Below, in pieces: positions 37,978 to 48,747 of a stretch of 64,000 nucleotides of DNA (positions are counted from its first letter, which is position 1; every line of letters starts with the position of its first letter). The notes below the pieces were generated by a model, which did not search any database, had not been told where the DNA came from, and saw only the letters and a list, made by a program, of their open reading frames with translations. The position numbers and the translations under genes are program-made. Origin of the DNA: Synergistaceae bacterium (GTDB taxonomy: Bacteria > Synergistota > Synergistia > Synergistales > Synergistaceae); assembly GCA_031289955.1 (NCBI GenBank), contig JAITOL010000150.1:1247-65246 (forward strand). The letters run 5' to 3'.

Positions 37978-38205
37978 CTACAGACACATGTCAGCTACAA
38001 AATTCGGCCACCAATCGTCAATACCTGAGGCGAAGGCCTCGTCTATGCCCGGGATTATAACGTCAGCACAAAAGACATCGTCTTCCAGATCGGGCAGAAG
38101 GTCGATACAGCTGTACTCGATCATACGTTCACGCTCTGAGAGACCAAGCAACGCCATAAGCTCTTCCCCTTCCTGAAAGATTTCATCCGCATGATTATAG
38201 TACAA
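37978..38205 (-). CDS. Hypothetical small acidic protein (75 aa)
   Basis: The only open frame in the 228-bp gap after guaB. TTG start, weak Shine-Dalgarno sequence, about 25% Asp+Glu, and a C-terminal GIDDWWPNFVADMCL. No recognisable motif. GC3 is about 53% by hand count. Confidence 0.4.
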   Translation of the reverse strand: MYYNHADEIFQEGEELMALLGLSERERMIEYSCIDLLPDLEDDVFCADVIIPGIDEAFASGIDDWWPNFVADMCL

Positions 38206-38214
38206 TATGTGATT

Positions 38215-39678
38215 TTATTCCACCGCGTAGTTAGGCGCTTCTTTAGTGACGACTACATCGTGAGGATGGCTCTCCTTCATGGATGCCGGAGTCACCTCTA
38301 TGAAACGCGCGATATCGTGGAGCTCAGTTATACTGGCGGCGCCCACGTATCCCATGCCGGAACGGATGCCGCCCATCATCTGGAATACTATCCCGGAGAG
38401 GGATCCCTTGTGCGGCACGAGGCCTTCTATTCCCTCTGGCACGAGTTTATCCTCGGCGGTTCCCTCCTGAAAATACCTGTCCTTGCTGCCGCCCTTCATC
38501 GCGCCGAGCGAACCCATGCCCCTATAGCTCTTGAAAGACCTGCTGTGATAAATGACGGCTTCTCCGGGGCTCTCCTCGGTACCGGCGAACAGCGAGCCGA
38601 TCATGACGCTGTCAGCCCCAGCCGCCAGAGCTTTCACTATGTCGCCTGAATATCTTATGCCGCCGTCGGCTATGATGGTACAGTTTCTCTCGTGCACAAC
38701 CGGCGCCACGTTCATAATGGCCGCTACCTGCGGCACGCCGATACCGGCTATTATTCTGGTCGTACATATGGATCCAGGCCCAATGCCCACTTTTACTCCG
38801 TCGACGCCGGCGTCCATAAGCGCGGCGGCGGCCTCTTTGGTGGCGATATTGCCTCCGACAATCTGGAGATCGGGATATTTATTCCTCACCGCCTTTATCG
38901 TCGAAAGCACCGATTTAGAGTGACCGTGCGCCGTATCGACCACTATGACGTCGATTCCCGCCGCGACAAGGGCATCCAGCCTTTCCATGGAATCGGCGCC
39001 CGTTCCTATGGCCGCTCCCACGCGGAGCCTTCCTTTCGCGTCCTTCGTAGCGTCGGGAAAGTCTTTCGCTTTCTGTATGTCCTTTATCGTGATCAAGCCC
39101 TTGAGCCGCCCGTCTGAGTCCACTATTGGAAGTTTTTCGACCTTGCGGCTGGAGAGGATATTTTTTGCGCTGTCGAGATCCGTGCCTATCGGCGCCGTCA
39201 CGATATTGTCCCTTGTCATTACGTTGTCTATAGGCTGTTCGTAATCCGTTATGAAACGAAGATCGCGATTGGTGATGATACCTACGAGCCTGAGGCTCTT
39301 ATCCACTATCGGCACGCCGGATATGTGATAGTGCGACATCAGGTCGACCGCGCTCGATACCTTGTCTTTGGGGTACAGATAGAATGGATCTACTATAACT
39401 CCGCTTTCGGAACGTTTTACCTTGTCCGCCTCCGCCACCTGCTGCTCGATAGACATGTTGCGGTGCAGTATACCGATACCGCCCTCTCGCGCCAGCGCTA
39501 TGGCGAGTCTGGCCTCGGTGACTGTATCCATGGCGGCGCTGCATATCGGGGAGTGCAGCGAAATGGACTTCGTCAGATACGACGTGGTGTCCACCTGTGA
39601 AGGCAACACCTCGCTGTATCCCGGAACAAGCAGGACATCATCGAACGTGAAACCCTTGTAATCCTCGAACTTACCCAA
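38215..39678 (-). CDS. guaB: Inosine-5'-monophosphate dehydrogenase
   Basis: 487 aa with a CBS pair inserted in a TIM barrel. Catalytic loop GIGPGSICTTR. Confidence 0.97.
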   Translation of the reverse strand: MGKFEDYKGFTFDDVLLVPGYSEVLPSQVDTTSYLTKSISLHSPICSAAMDTVTEARLAIALAREGGIGILHRNMSIEQQVAEADKVKRSESGVIVDPFYLYPKDKVSSAVDLMSHYHISGVPIVDKSLRLVGIITNRDLRFITDYEQPIDNVMTRDNIVTAPIGTDLDSAKNILSSRKVEKLPIVDSDGRLKGLITIKDIQKAKDFPDATKDAKGRLRVGAAIGTGADSMERLDALVAAGIDVIVVDTAHGHSKSVLSTIKAVRNKYPDLQIVGGNIATKEAAAALMDAGVDGVKVGIGPGSICTTRIIAGIGVPQVAAIMNVAPVVHERNCTIIADGGIRYSGDIVKALAAGADSVMIGSLFAGTEESPGEAVIYHSRSFKSYRGMGSLGAMKGGSKDRYFQEGTAEDKLVPEGIEGLVPHKGSLSGIVFQMMGGIRSGMGYVGAASITELHDIARFIEVTPASMKESHPHDVVVTKEAPNYAVE

Positions 39679-41089
39679 AATTCTCTCCTCCCATATCTGT
39701 GGTACGCTTTGTCACCGGAACGCCCAGGCGCTTTATCGAGGCGTCGCGTCCCACGCAGGACAGTATAAGGCCAAGCGGCGCTCCCTGCGACATTCCCGTT
39801 AAAAAAATTCTTATTGGATGATAAAAATCCGACCCTTTAAGGCGCAAGTTATTTTGGAAAGTTTTTAGCGCGTTTTTGATATTTGAAGAACTCCAGTCGG
39901 CATCGGAAATCAAGGCGAGGTGAGCGACAAAATCGCCGAACCATTCGGGCGTTTCCGTATGAAGATCCCCGGCGAAAGACAGATTCTTCATTATGGCCGA
40001 TCCCAATTCCCCGAACGTGGCACATTCAGGCAGCAGTTCATGTATAAGCGCCAGTTTTTCGTCATCAGAAGTTTTGGGCGACGCGCAGGACGAAAAAGCC
40101 TCTTCGCAAAATCGCGTCAAATTTTCATCTGACGCGGCCGCAACGAAAACACGTCCGAAATGCCTCATCCTGGCCTCGTCGTGCACGGGCGAAAAATGAG
40201 CTACGGAGTCGAGGTCGAACAACATTGCCAGCTCCTCGAGAGAAGCTATCCTGTCGACGGGAGCTTTAGCCCAGCTCAGAGTCGCAAGATATGCCACAAT
40301 CGCTTCCGGCGCCCAGCCGAGCTCTCTGTATTCCCCGAGGGACATGGCGCCGAGGCGTTTGCTCAGTTTGCGGCGTTCCGCGTCAAGTATCATCGGTATA
40401 TGGACCCATTCAGGAACGTTCCAGCCAAGAGACTTGTAGATCATCTCCTGTTTGGGGACGTTTGACATATGCTCCTCGCCCCTGATGACGTGGGTCACTC
40501 CGAAATCGTGGTCGTCAACAGCGGCTGCCAAAAGGTACGTGGCCGACCCGTCGCTTCTCGCGAGGACAAAATCCTCTATAGCGGCCGTCGGAACCGAAAT
40601 ATTCCCTCTCAGCCTGTCGTGATAAATATAGTTCGGGCCGCCGGCGACCTTGAAGCGGCAACAATAAGTTTCTCCTTGCGATACCCTGGAATCCCTCTCA
40701 GAGCGATCCATATCCCCGCACTTGTGATCGCCGTGTTCAAACGAAGCGTCGTCCGCGCAAAAACAGGGATACGCTGCTCCACTCTCCACAAGAGCCCTCA
40801 GAATCTCCATGTGTCGCGCGGCGCGGGACGACTGGCGCGACGGAGCCTCGTCAGGTTCGAGCCCGAGCCATCTCAGGTCGTCCAATATCGATTTTTCGTA
40901 TTTTTCGGATGAACGCGCTAGGTCGGTGTCCTCGAAGCGAAGTTTGAATGAGCCTTTGTTGTGTTTTGACCAAAGATAGTTGAACAGCGCGGTATGAGCC
41001 CCTCCAATATGGAGAGGCCCTGTGGGAGATGGAGCGAATCTGACGACTACATTGCCTTTATTTTCCTCCAATATTGTCCACTCTTCCAA
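39671..41089 (-). CDS. gltX: Glutamate--tRNA ligase
   Basis: 472 aa with RFAPSPTGPLHIGGAHTA and KLSKR motifs. TTG start, exact start uncertain. Confidence 0.94.
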   Translation of the reverse strand: MEEWTILEENKGNVVVRFAPSPTGPLHIGGAHTALFNYLWSKHNKGSFKLRFEDTDLARSSEKYEKSILDDLRWLGLEPDEAPSRQSSRAARHMEILRALVESGAAYPCFCADDASFEHGDHKCGDMDRSERDSRVSQGETYCCRFKVAGGPNYIYHDRLRGNISVPTAAIEDFVLARSDGSATYLLAAAVDDHDFGVTHVIRGEEHMSNVPKQEMIYKSLGWNVPEWVHIPMILDAERRKLSKRLGAMSLGEYRELGWAPEAIVAYLATLSWAKAPVDRIASLEELAMLFDLDSVAHFSPVHDEARMRHFGRVFVAAASDENLTRFCEEAFSSCASPKTSDDEKLALIHELLPECATFGELGSAIMKNLSFAGDLHTETPEWFGDFVAHLALISDADWSSSNIKNALKTFQNNLRLKGSDFYHPIRIFLTGMSQGAPLGLILSCVGRDASIKRLGVPVTKRTTDMGGENFG

Positions 41090-41807
41090 TTACCTCTATT
41101 CTGGTGGAGGTGATGCCCGCTTCTTTGATACCGAGCAGATCTGCCGCCGCGTGTGAAATATCGAGCACCCTGTTTTTATGTTCTTTAAAGCGGTCCGTCA
41201 CCCTGACTACGACGGATTTTCCAGATGGCGCGGTCACCTTTACCAGCGTCCCGAAAGGGAGGGTCTTCGCCGCCGCCGACAGATGAGTATCCGTAAATTG
41301 TTCTCCGTTTGCGAACGAGCGCCCGATAAACTTGCCGCCGTACCACGAGACTGAAGCCGAAATATCATATTTACCGCGTATCTGATACGAGGGCGTCAAT
41401 TTGACCGCGTACTTCTTGCCCAAAACCCCGTAAAGCCGTGACATTATCTGGAGCGCCATCTTTTGGGGATCCTGCTTTGCCGATTTCGAGTATGCGGGAT
41501 TTATGGAGTAAAGCGAGTTTTTCCCGATAAAAAGCGTCCATTTGCCATCCGCCTTGTCCACCTTCATGTCCTTCAGCTTGAATCCCGCGTTATATAGGTT
41601 GTTGAAGCGCCCCGAAAGCAATGAAACGTCCGCGGCGTATTCCGCGGGAAATTTCCAGATGGGCGTTCCCGCTATTTTCCACACTATATGGCCGCCCTCT
41701 TTCGCGTAAGTCGACGGAACGGACGCGACGGATTCCGCGATGCGTGGAAATGCCGCCAGTAAAATAAACGCCACGACAATCGCGCATCTTTTCGCCGATT
41801 GTTTCAT
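41058..41807 (-). CDS. Exported RlpA-like (double-psi beta-barrel) protein
   Basis: 249 aa with a signal peptide (CAIVVAFILLAAFPRIAES). The C-terminal region GEQFTDTHLSAAAKTLPFGTLVKVTAPSGKSVVVRVTDR...RVLDISHAAADLLG is typical of RlpA/DPBB domains. The N-terminal ~150 aa are unassigned. Confidence 0.75.
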   Translation of the reverse strand: MKQSAKRCAIVVAFILLAAFPRIAESVASVPSTYAKEGGHIVWKIAGTPIWKFPAEYAADVSLLSGRFNNLYNAGFKLKDMKVDKADGKWTLFIGKNSLYSINPAYSKSAKQDPQKMALQIMSRLYGVLGKKYAVKLTPSYQIRGKYDISASVSWYGGKFIGRSFANGEQFTDTHLSAAAKTLPFGTLVKVTAPSGKSVVVRVTDRFKEHKNRVLDISHAAADLLGIKEAGITSTRIEVIGRVDNIGGK

Positions 41808-41852
41808 ATTGCATTTACCCCCTTGCCTAACAGCGGGAAGAATACCGAGAAC

Positions 41853-43007
41853 TCAAACGTCATAACGTTCAATCAAGGCTGAGGCATAACACTCCATACA
41901 CTCGGCCCGCCCGGCGCTTCCCACATTTTCACCAGATTTTACCTTGACCCCCAATTCGGCGTATGGGTAAATGGTCGTAAATAATGTTTTCAAATTATCC
42001 GCAATCTTTTGTACTCCGTCTCCGATCCTCGGAACCTGAGCTACCAGGACAACGTCGATGTTGCCCACGCTCCAGCCTTTTGACGCCAGAATCCGCAGCA
42101 CAATTCCCAAGAGTTCAGCGCTGTCCGCGTCTTTGTAACGTTCGTCGGAAGCAGGGAACAACGTGCCTATGTCGCGTTCTCCCGAGGCCCCGAGAAGGGC
42201 GTCCGACACGGCGTGACATATTATATCGGCGTCAGAATGTCCCCGCAACCCAAGCGGCGAAGCGAATTCCACGCCGCCCAGCACAAGCCTCCGTCCTGGC
42301 ACAAGTTCGTGTACATCGAAGCCCAGTCCGGTCCGGATGGTTTTACTTCCCTCTACGAGAGATTTCGCCATGGCCCAGTCGAAATCCGTAGTTATTTTGA
42401 AATTTTTCTGGCTCCCCCGCACATATTCCAGTTTGCGGTTCGACGCGAGCCATAAGGACGCCTCATCGGTCGAAACGTTGCCGGAATAGAGCAATTCCAG
42501 GATAGCGAGCCGTTCAAACGCCTGTGGCGTCTGTGTGCGGAATATTTTTTCCCTGGGCAGCGCTTTTATATCCCCGTCGACAATCTTGAGAGAATCCGTC
42601 GATTCGAGAAAAGGCGCCGCGCCCGCTTCCGCCGTCGCTGTTTCCATGAGCGCTTCGCATATCTCAGGGGGCAGAAACGGCCGCGCGGCGTCGTGGATCA
42701 TAACGAACTCGCCCGATGCCGCCGCCACTCCGTTTCTAACGGATTCCGTCCTCGTCGCGCCTCCCGCGACAAACTTCACAGGCGCCGCAAGAGCGCCGTC
42801 GGTCGCTACAAGTTCGTAATCGCGCGGAAATACTACAACGAGCTCCAGTATCCGGCCTCGCTCGAATAGCGTTTCAGCTATCCCGGCGCTCCAGCGCCAC
42901 ATGGGTATCCTGCCCAGACGCCTGAACTGTTTGGGCTCTCCGCCCATACGACTCCCCGCGCCTGCCGCCACCAGTACAAATGACCATGATGGGACGGCGC
43001 TCGTCAT
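41853..43007 (-). CDS. ispDF: Bifunctional IspD/IspF (MEP cytidylyltransferase / MEcPP synthase)
   Basis: 384 aa. N-half with VAAGAGSRMG, C-half with GLRGHSDADIICHA. Confidence 0.93.
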   Translation of the reverse strand: MTSAVPSWSFVLVAAGAGSRMGGEPKQFRRLGRIPMWRWSAGIAETLFERGRILELVVVFPRDYELVATDGALAAPVKFVAGGATRTESVRNGVAAASGEFVMIHDAARPFLPPEICEALMETATAEAGAAPFLESTDSLKIVDGDIKALPREKIFRTQTPQAFERLAILELLYSGNVSTDEASLWLASNRKLEYVRGSQKNFKITTDFDWAMAKSLVEGSKTIRTGLGFDVHELVPGRRLVLGGVEFASPLGLRGHSDADIICHAVSDALLGASGERDIGTLFPASDERYKDADSAELLGIVLRILASKGWSVGNIDVVLVAQVPRIGDGVQKIADNLKTLFTTIYPYAELGVKVKSGENVGSAGRAECMECYASALIERYDV

Positions 43008-44173
43008 CTTTTCAGTTTTCCGAATACCATTCTACCTGCGGAGGTCTGGAGCATCGACGTTATAACTATGTCCGACGTCGTCCCGATGGCCCCTTCACCG
43101 TCTTCCACGACCAGCATCGTACCGTCCTCCAGATAGCCGATGCCCTGCCCCGATTCCTTGCCCTGGCGGATAACGTCGATTCGGACTACATCCCCGGGCA
43201 AAAACTGCGGTTTCAACGAATTGGCGAGATCGTTGACGTTGAGCGCCATAACGCCCTCGATACGGGCTATTTGGTTGAGGTTGTAATCCGTCGTCAATAT
43301 CCTCGCGTCGAGTTTTTTACAGAGCTCGACCAACGCCTCGTCGACCTTGTCGCGCTTGAGCTCTTTCATGCTTATATCGACGATATTTACAACCATGGTC
43401 TTTATCTTCTGAAGCTCGGTGACGACATTGAGCCCCTTTCGCCCGCGAGCCCGTCTGGCCGGATCGGAAGAATCAGCGACTCCCTGAAGCTCCGTCAGCA
43501 CAAAGCGCGGCAGAACGAGCACTCCCTCCAGAAATCCTGTGTTTGCGATGTCCAGAATGCGCCCGTCAATCAACGCGCTCGTGTCGAGCACTTTCCTGCC
43601 CGCCTCGGACTGTTCGCGCAGCGCCGGATCTTCCATGTCCGAAATGAGTATGTCGACGCCCGCGTCCACCTTACGACGTCTGTGCGCGATGCGGCTGCCC
43701 CTGCCCACAATGTTCAGTATCAGTCCCCAGACGTCGTCCCGGCGTTTTAAAAACGCCCTCATACCGACGAAGGCGAAAAAGATGTTGAGCGCTATCGTTA
43801 TATAAAACCCTATTCCCGGGATATTGATAAATATGAACGGTATCGCCAGGAGGTTTGCCAGAAGCAGGCTGACGATCAGCCCGGCCACGGCGACCACTAT
43901 ATCCTGAGCGCTGACGCTTGAAAGGGTGTTCTCAAAGAGCTGACCTGATTTTTTGAGTATCCACCATATCACCGGAGTTACCATGAAACCGCACAGCGCG
44001 AAAAACATTATGCAAAAAGCCATCCAGACGTTGGGATGAGTGAGATTTTTCATCCAGTTCAACTGGAGCTCCATCGTGAATTGGGCAATCTGATAACCGG
44101 CGATGCCGAACACGATAATCATGAGAAATCTCAGAACCATCTTCATTATGCCGTTTATTCCGCTTTCAGCCAC
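43004..44173 (-). CDS. yacL: Membrane-anchored PIN/TRAM-domain protein (YacL-like)
   Basis: 389 aa with about 4 N-terminal transmembrane helices, a PIN-like core (VLDTSALIDGRI) and a C-terminal TRAM-like beta domain. Lies upstream of ispD, as Bacillus yacL does. Confidence 0.8.
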   Translation of the reverse strand: MAESGINGIMKMVLRFLMIIVFGIAGYQIAQFTMELQLNWMKNLTHPNVWMAFCIMFFALCGFMVTPVIWWILKKSGQLFENTLSSVSAQDIVVAVAGLIVSLLLANLLAIPFIFINIPGIGFYITIALNIFFAFVGMRAFLKRRDDVWGLILNIVGRGSRIAHRRRKVDAGVDILISDMEDPALREQSEAGRKVLDTSALIDGRILDIANTGFLEGVLVLPRFVLTELQGVADSSDPARRARGRKGLNVVTELQKIKTMVVNIVDISMKELKRDKVDEALVELCKKLDARILTTDYNLNQIARIEGVMALNVNDLANSLKPQFLPGDVVRIDVIRQGKESGQGIGYLEDGTMLVVEDGEGAIGTTSDIVITSMLQTSAGRMVFGKLKR

Positions 44174-44224
44174 ATAACTCTCTCCTCTCCTTAAATTTCC
44201 TCAATTATTCTGTCTTTTGGGTCG

Positions 44225-44836
44225 TCAATCCTCTTCGTTTTCCATCTCCCTTCTCGTTTCGAGCGCTACGTGCAGCGTGGCCTTGTCCGCGTAACCGATG
44301 CTGCCTCCCACGGGCAATCCGTATGACAGCCGCGATATCCTGACTTCCGTCTCAGAGAGCTCATCCTGGAGTGTGAAGGCCGTCAGATCGCCCTCGATGC
44401 GAGGGTCGAGAGCGAGTATTATCTCGCTCACCCGAAGATCGCGTATGCGTCGTTTAAGCAGCGCGATGCTTTCCTCCGGTATTTCGTGATCGTCCAATGG
44501 AGAGCATTTGCCCCCAAGGACATGATAAAGCCCTCCATAAACTCCGGACTGTTCGATTGCTACACAGTCCTCCTGAGTTTCCACGACGCATATGGTTTTT
44601 CTGTCGCGGATCGGATCGGAGCAAATGGAGCATACATCCTCGGTGGTGATGGCGCCACACTCGCTGCACGGCCTGACCTGATCCATAACTTCGTTTATCG
44701 CGCGCGCGACCGACTTCGCCCATTCCGGGTTCTGGCTCAACATGAAAAAAACCATCCTGCGGGCGGTTTTTCCGCCCACTCCGGGAAATTTACCCCACAG
44801 GTTTATCAGGCGTTCCAGCGAACCAGGAAGACTCAA
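44225..44836 (-). CDS. recR: Recombination protein RecR
   Basis: 203 aa with a C4 zinc finger (CSECGAITTEDVCSIC) and a Toprim domain. Confidence 0.95.
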   Translation of the reverse strand: MSLPGSLERLINLWGKFPGVGGKTARRMVFFMLSQNPEWAKSVARAINEVMDQVRPCSECGAITTEDVCSICSDPIRDRKTICVVETQEDCVAIEQSGVYGGLYHVLGGKCSPLDDHEIPEESIALLKRRIRDLRVSEIILALDPRIEGDLTAFTLQDELSETEVRISRLSYGLPVGGSIGYADKATLHVALETRREMENEED

Positions 44837-45145
44837 TTAAAAAAGTCCCGGAATGTTCATTCCGCCGGTGAAGCTGCCAAGCCTGCTTTCGGCCAGCTCA
44901 CGCGACTTGCGGATCGACTCTTTCACTGCCGAAAGCACCAGATCTTCGAGCATCTCGACGTCGTTCGGATCCACCACATCTTTCGAAATAGTTATGGAAA
45001 TGACGTCGCCATGACCGTTCGCTCGCACCGCCACCATACCTCCGCCGCTCGTTCCCTCCACCGTTTCGCCAGCGAGAGCTTCCTGAGCCAGCGTCATCTG
45101 TGCCTGCACCTTCTGTACCTGTTTTAACATCTTGTCCATCTTCAT
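44837..45145 (-). CDS. ybaB: Nucleoid-associated protein YbaB/EbfC
   Basis: 102 aa, directly abutting recR as in most bacteria. Confidence 0.9.
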   Translation of the reverse strand: MKMDKMLKQVQKVQAQMTLAQEALAGETVEGTSGGGMVAVRANGHGDVISITISKDVVDPNDVEMLEDLVLSAVKESIRKSRELAESRLGSFTGGMNIPGLF

Positions 45146-45178
45146 ATTAAAAGGCCTCCTGAATTAAGACGTTATCTA

Positions 45179-46942
45179 TCATACCGGGTTTCTCCAAAAA
45201 TCCAGCCCTATCTTTTGGAGCAGCACCAGCGCCACAAATACCGGCAGTCTCATGACGCGCCTCCAGCGGTACGGTTCCTGTATCGTCCTGTAGAGCCATT
45301 CGAGATGGATTTTCCGCCATCCGGCGGGCGCCCTGTTGAGTCGTCCGGACATGACGTCGAAGCTGCCGCCGACCCCAATACCAACTATGCCCCCGAGTTT
45401 CGACAGGTTGTCGCAGAGCCAGTATTCCTGTTTTGGCATCCCAAGAGCCACAAGCAGTATCGTGGCTCCGGATTCGCGTATCTCCCTGCATATATCGTCG
45501 TTCTCTTCCTGCTGGAAGAACCCGCTCCTGGTTCCTTTGATCTCCAGCCCCGGATACTTTTTGCATACTTTATCAGCCGCGCGTAACGCGACTCCGGGTT
45601 GCCCGCCGAAGAAGAAAAACGACCAGCCGTGACCTGGCGCTATTCTGCATAGATTGTCCACAAAATCAACGCCTGGTATCCGTTCCTGAACCTGGAAGCC
45701 GAGAAAACGAAGCGCCCATACCAGCCCCGTTCCATCCGGTATGACCAGCCCTGCCTTTTGCACTATTGAGGCGTATTTTTTGTCTCTCCTGCTCAGAAGC
45801 GTCGCCAAAGCGTCGGGAGTTACTATGGTCTGCGGCAGGTTCCCTGACGAAACCCATCCAACAACGCGTCCTAAAGCGTAATCGAGAGAAAAATTGTCGA
45901 CGGACACTCCCCACAACGTCGGGCGTTTTCCGGATATATCGTTATGCCCTTCGCCGCTCACGAACGCGATATACAGCCCAAGAGCGAGACAGGCCAGCGT
46001 AATGACGAGCGACATCGGGTCGAGCAGCCTCATCTGAAGGAGAGCCATCCCGACTCCGCACACTCCGCAGACGGCAATAACTATGAATATGGCGACGGGA
46101 TGGTCGACGCCGCCTCTCACCAGTTTTCTGTAGAAAATCATATTGCCCAGGGGTTTGGGGGAAAAAGCCGCCGACAAAACGCTCAAGGACGTCTCTATGA
46201 TCGGGATGGCAAAAAGCCCCAATGGCAGTATCATCACTGTTGCGAACGCCACGCCCTTGCTCGCTCCGAGCATCGACGTTCCGGCGAGCAACGTTCCCCA
46301 CATCGCGGAAAGTTGGGTTCCCAGCCTGCGATACACGTTTACATGCCTCGTCCAGAAGACGATGATCAACGCGAGCCCGCATATCGACATCATGAGCGCG
46401 TCGGACGGGCCTTTGCTCGACATGGCGGTGACTATGACCATCAGCACCCAACTCACGAGTATCAGACCTCCGCCCATCCCCGGTATCTCGTCCAGCTCCT
46501 GGAACAGTATCGGGAAAAATCCCATCCACAGCGTGCTCAATATCAATATTGTCGTGAAGCTGGAAAGGTACATGAACTCCCCGTCCGGCCTGCCGATGAA
46601 TGTTATGCGGGGACCGAGCAGCGCGACCCCCAGCCCTATGGCCAGATAACAGAAACGCAGATCCCAGTTTTTGACCACTTTCTGACAGAACCCCACGAGT
46701 CCGGCTATGACGCCGGCCGTTATCATGAGCTTCATGGGCCCGCTCTGAGTCCAGATTCCGCATATGGCCCAGGACGCGATCAGGCCGATATCCCTCAGAT
46801 AGTAGTATTGATCCCGCTCCAGGTCGCGCTTGAAAAATCTCTGGGTAAAAAAGCACCCGACAACTACCGAGGCTATGACCATAGCCATCGTGAGAAAGCT
46901 CGTATCGGAACCGACAAGCCGCAGTAATATCTGACGAATCAT
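45179..46942 (-). CDS. Fusion of a degenerate MraY/WecA-like polytopic membrane domain to a WecG/TagA/CpsF-family (GT26) glycosyltransferase
   Basis: The C-terminal ~240 aa carry VIPDGTGLVWA, FFFGGQPGVA, LLVALGMPKQEYW and GVGGSFDVMSG. The N-terminal ~330 aa align motif-by-motif with the MraY in this window, but with the catalytic Asp/His positions replaced (see finding). Confidence 0.8.
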   Translation of the reverse strand: MIRQILLRLVGSDTSFLTMAMVIASVVVGCFFTQRFFKRDLERDQYYYLRDIGLIASWAICGIWTQSGPMKLMITAGVIAGLVGFCQKVVKNWDLRFCYLAIGLGVALLGPRITFIGRPDGEFMYLSSFTTILILSTLWMGFFPILFQELDEIPGMGGGLILVSWVLMVIVTAMSSKGPSDALMMSICGLALIIVFWTRHVNVYRRLGTQLSAMWGTLLAGTSMLGASKGVAFATVMILPLGLFAIPIIETSLSVLSAAFSPKPLGNMIFYRKLVRGGVDHPVAIFIVIAVCGVCGVGMALLQMRLLDPMSLVITLACLALGLYIAFVSGEGHNDISGKRPTLWGVSVDNFSLDYALGRVVGWVSSGNLPQTIVTPDALATLLSRRDKKYASIVQKAGLVIPDGTGLVWALRFLGFQVQERIPGVDFVDNLCRIAPGHGWSFFFFGGQPGVALRAADKVCKKYPGLEIKGTRSGFFQQEENDDICREIRESGATILLVALGMPKQEYWLCDNLSKLGGIVGIGVGGSFDVMSGRLNRAPAGWRKIHLEWLYRTIQEPYRWRRVMRLPVFVALVLLQKIGLDFWRNPV

Positions 46943-46954
46943 GAGCTCCGCGCT

Positions 46955-48720
<1,766 letters not shown>

Positions 48721-48747
48721 AAAAACCTCCGCAATGTATTGAAAAAA

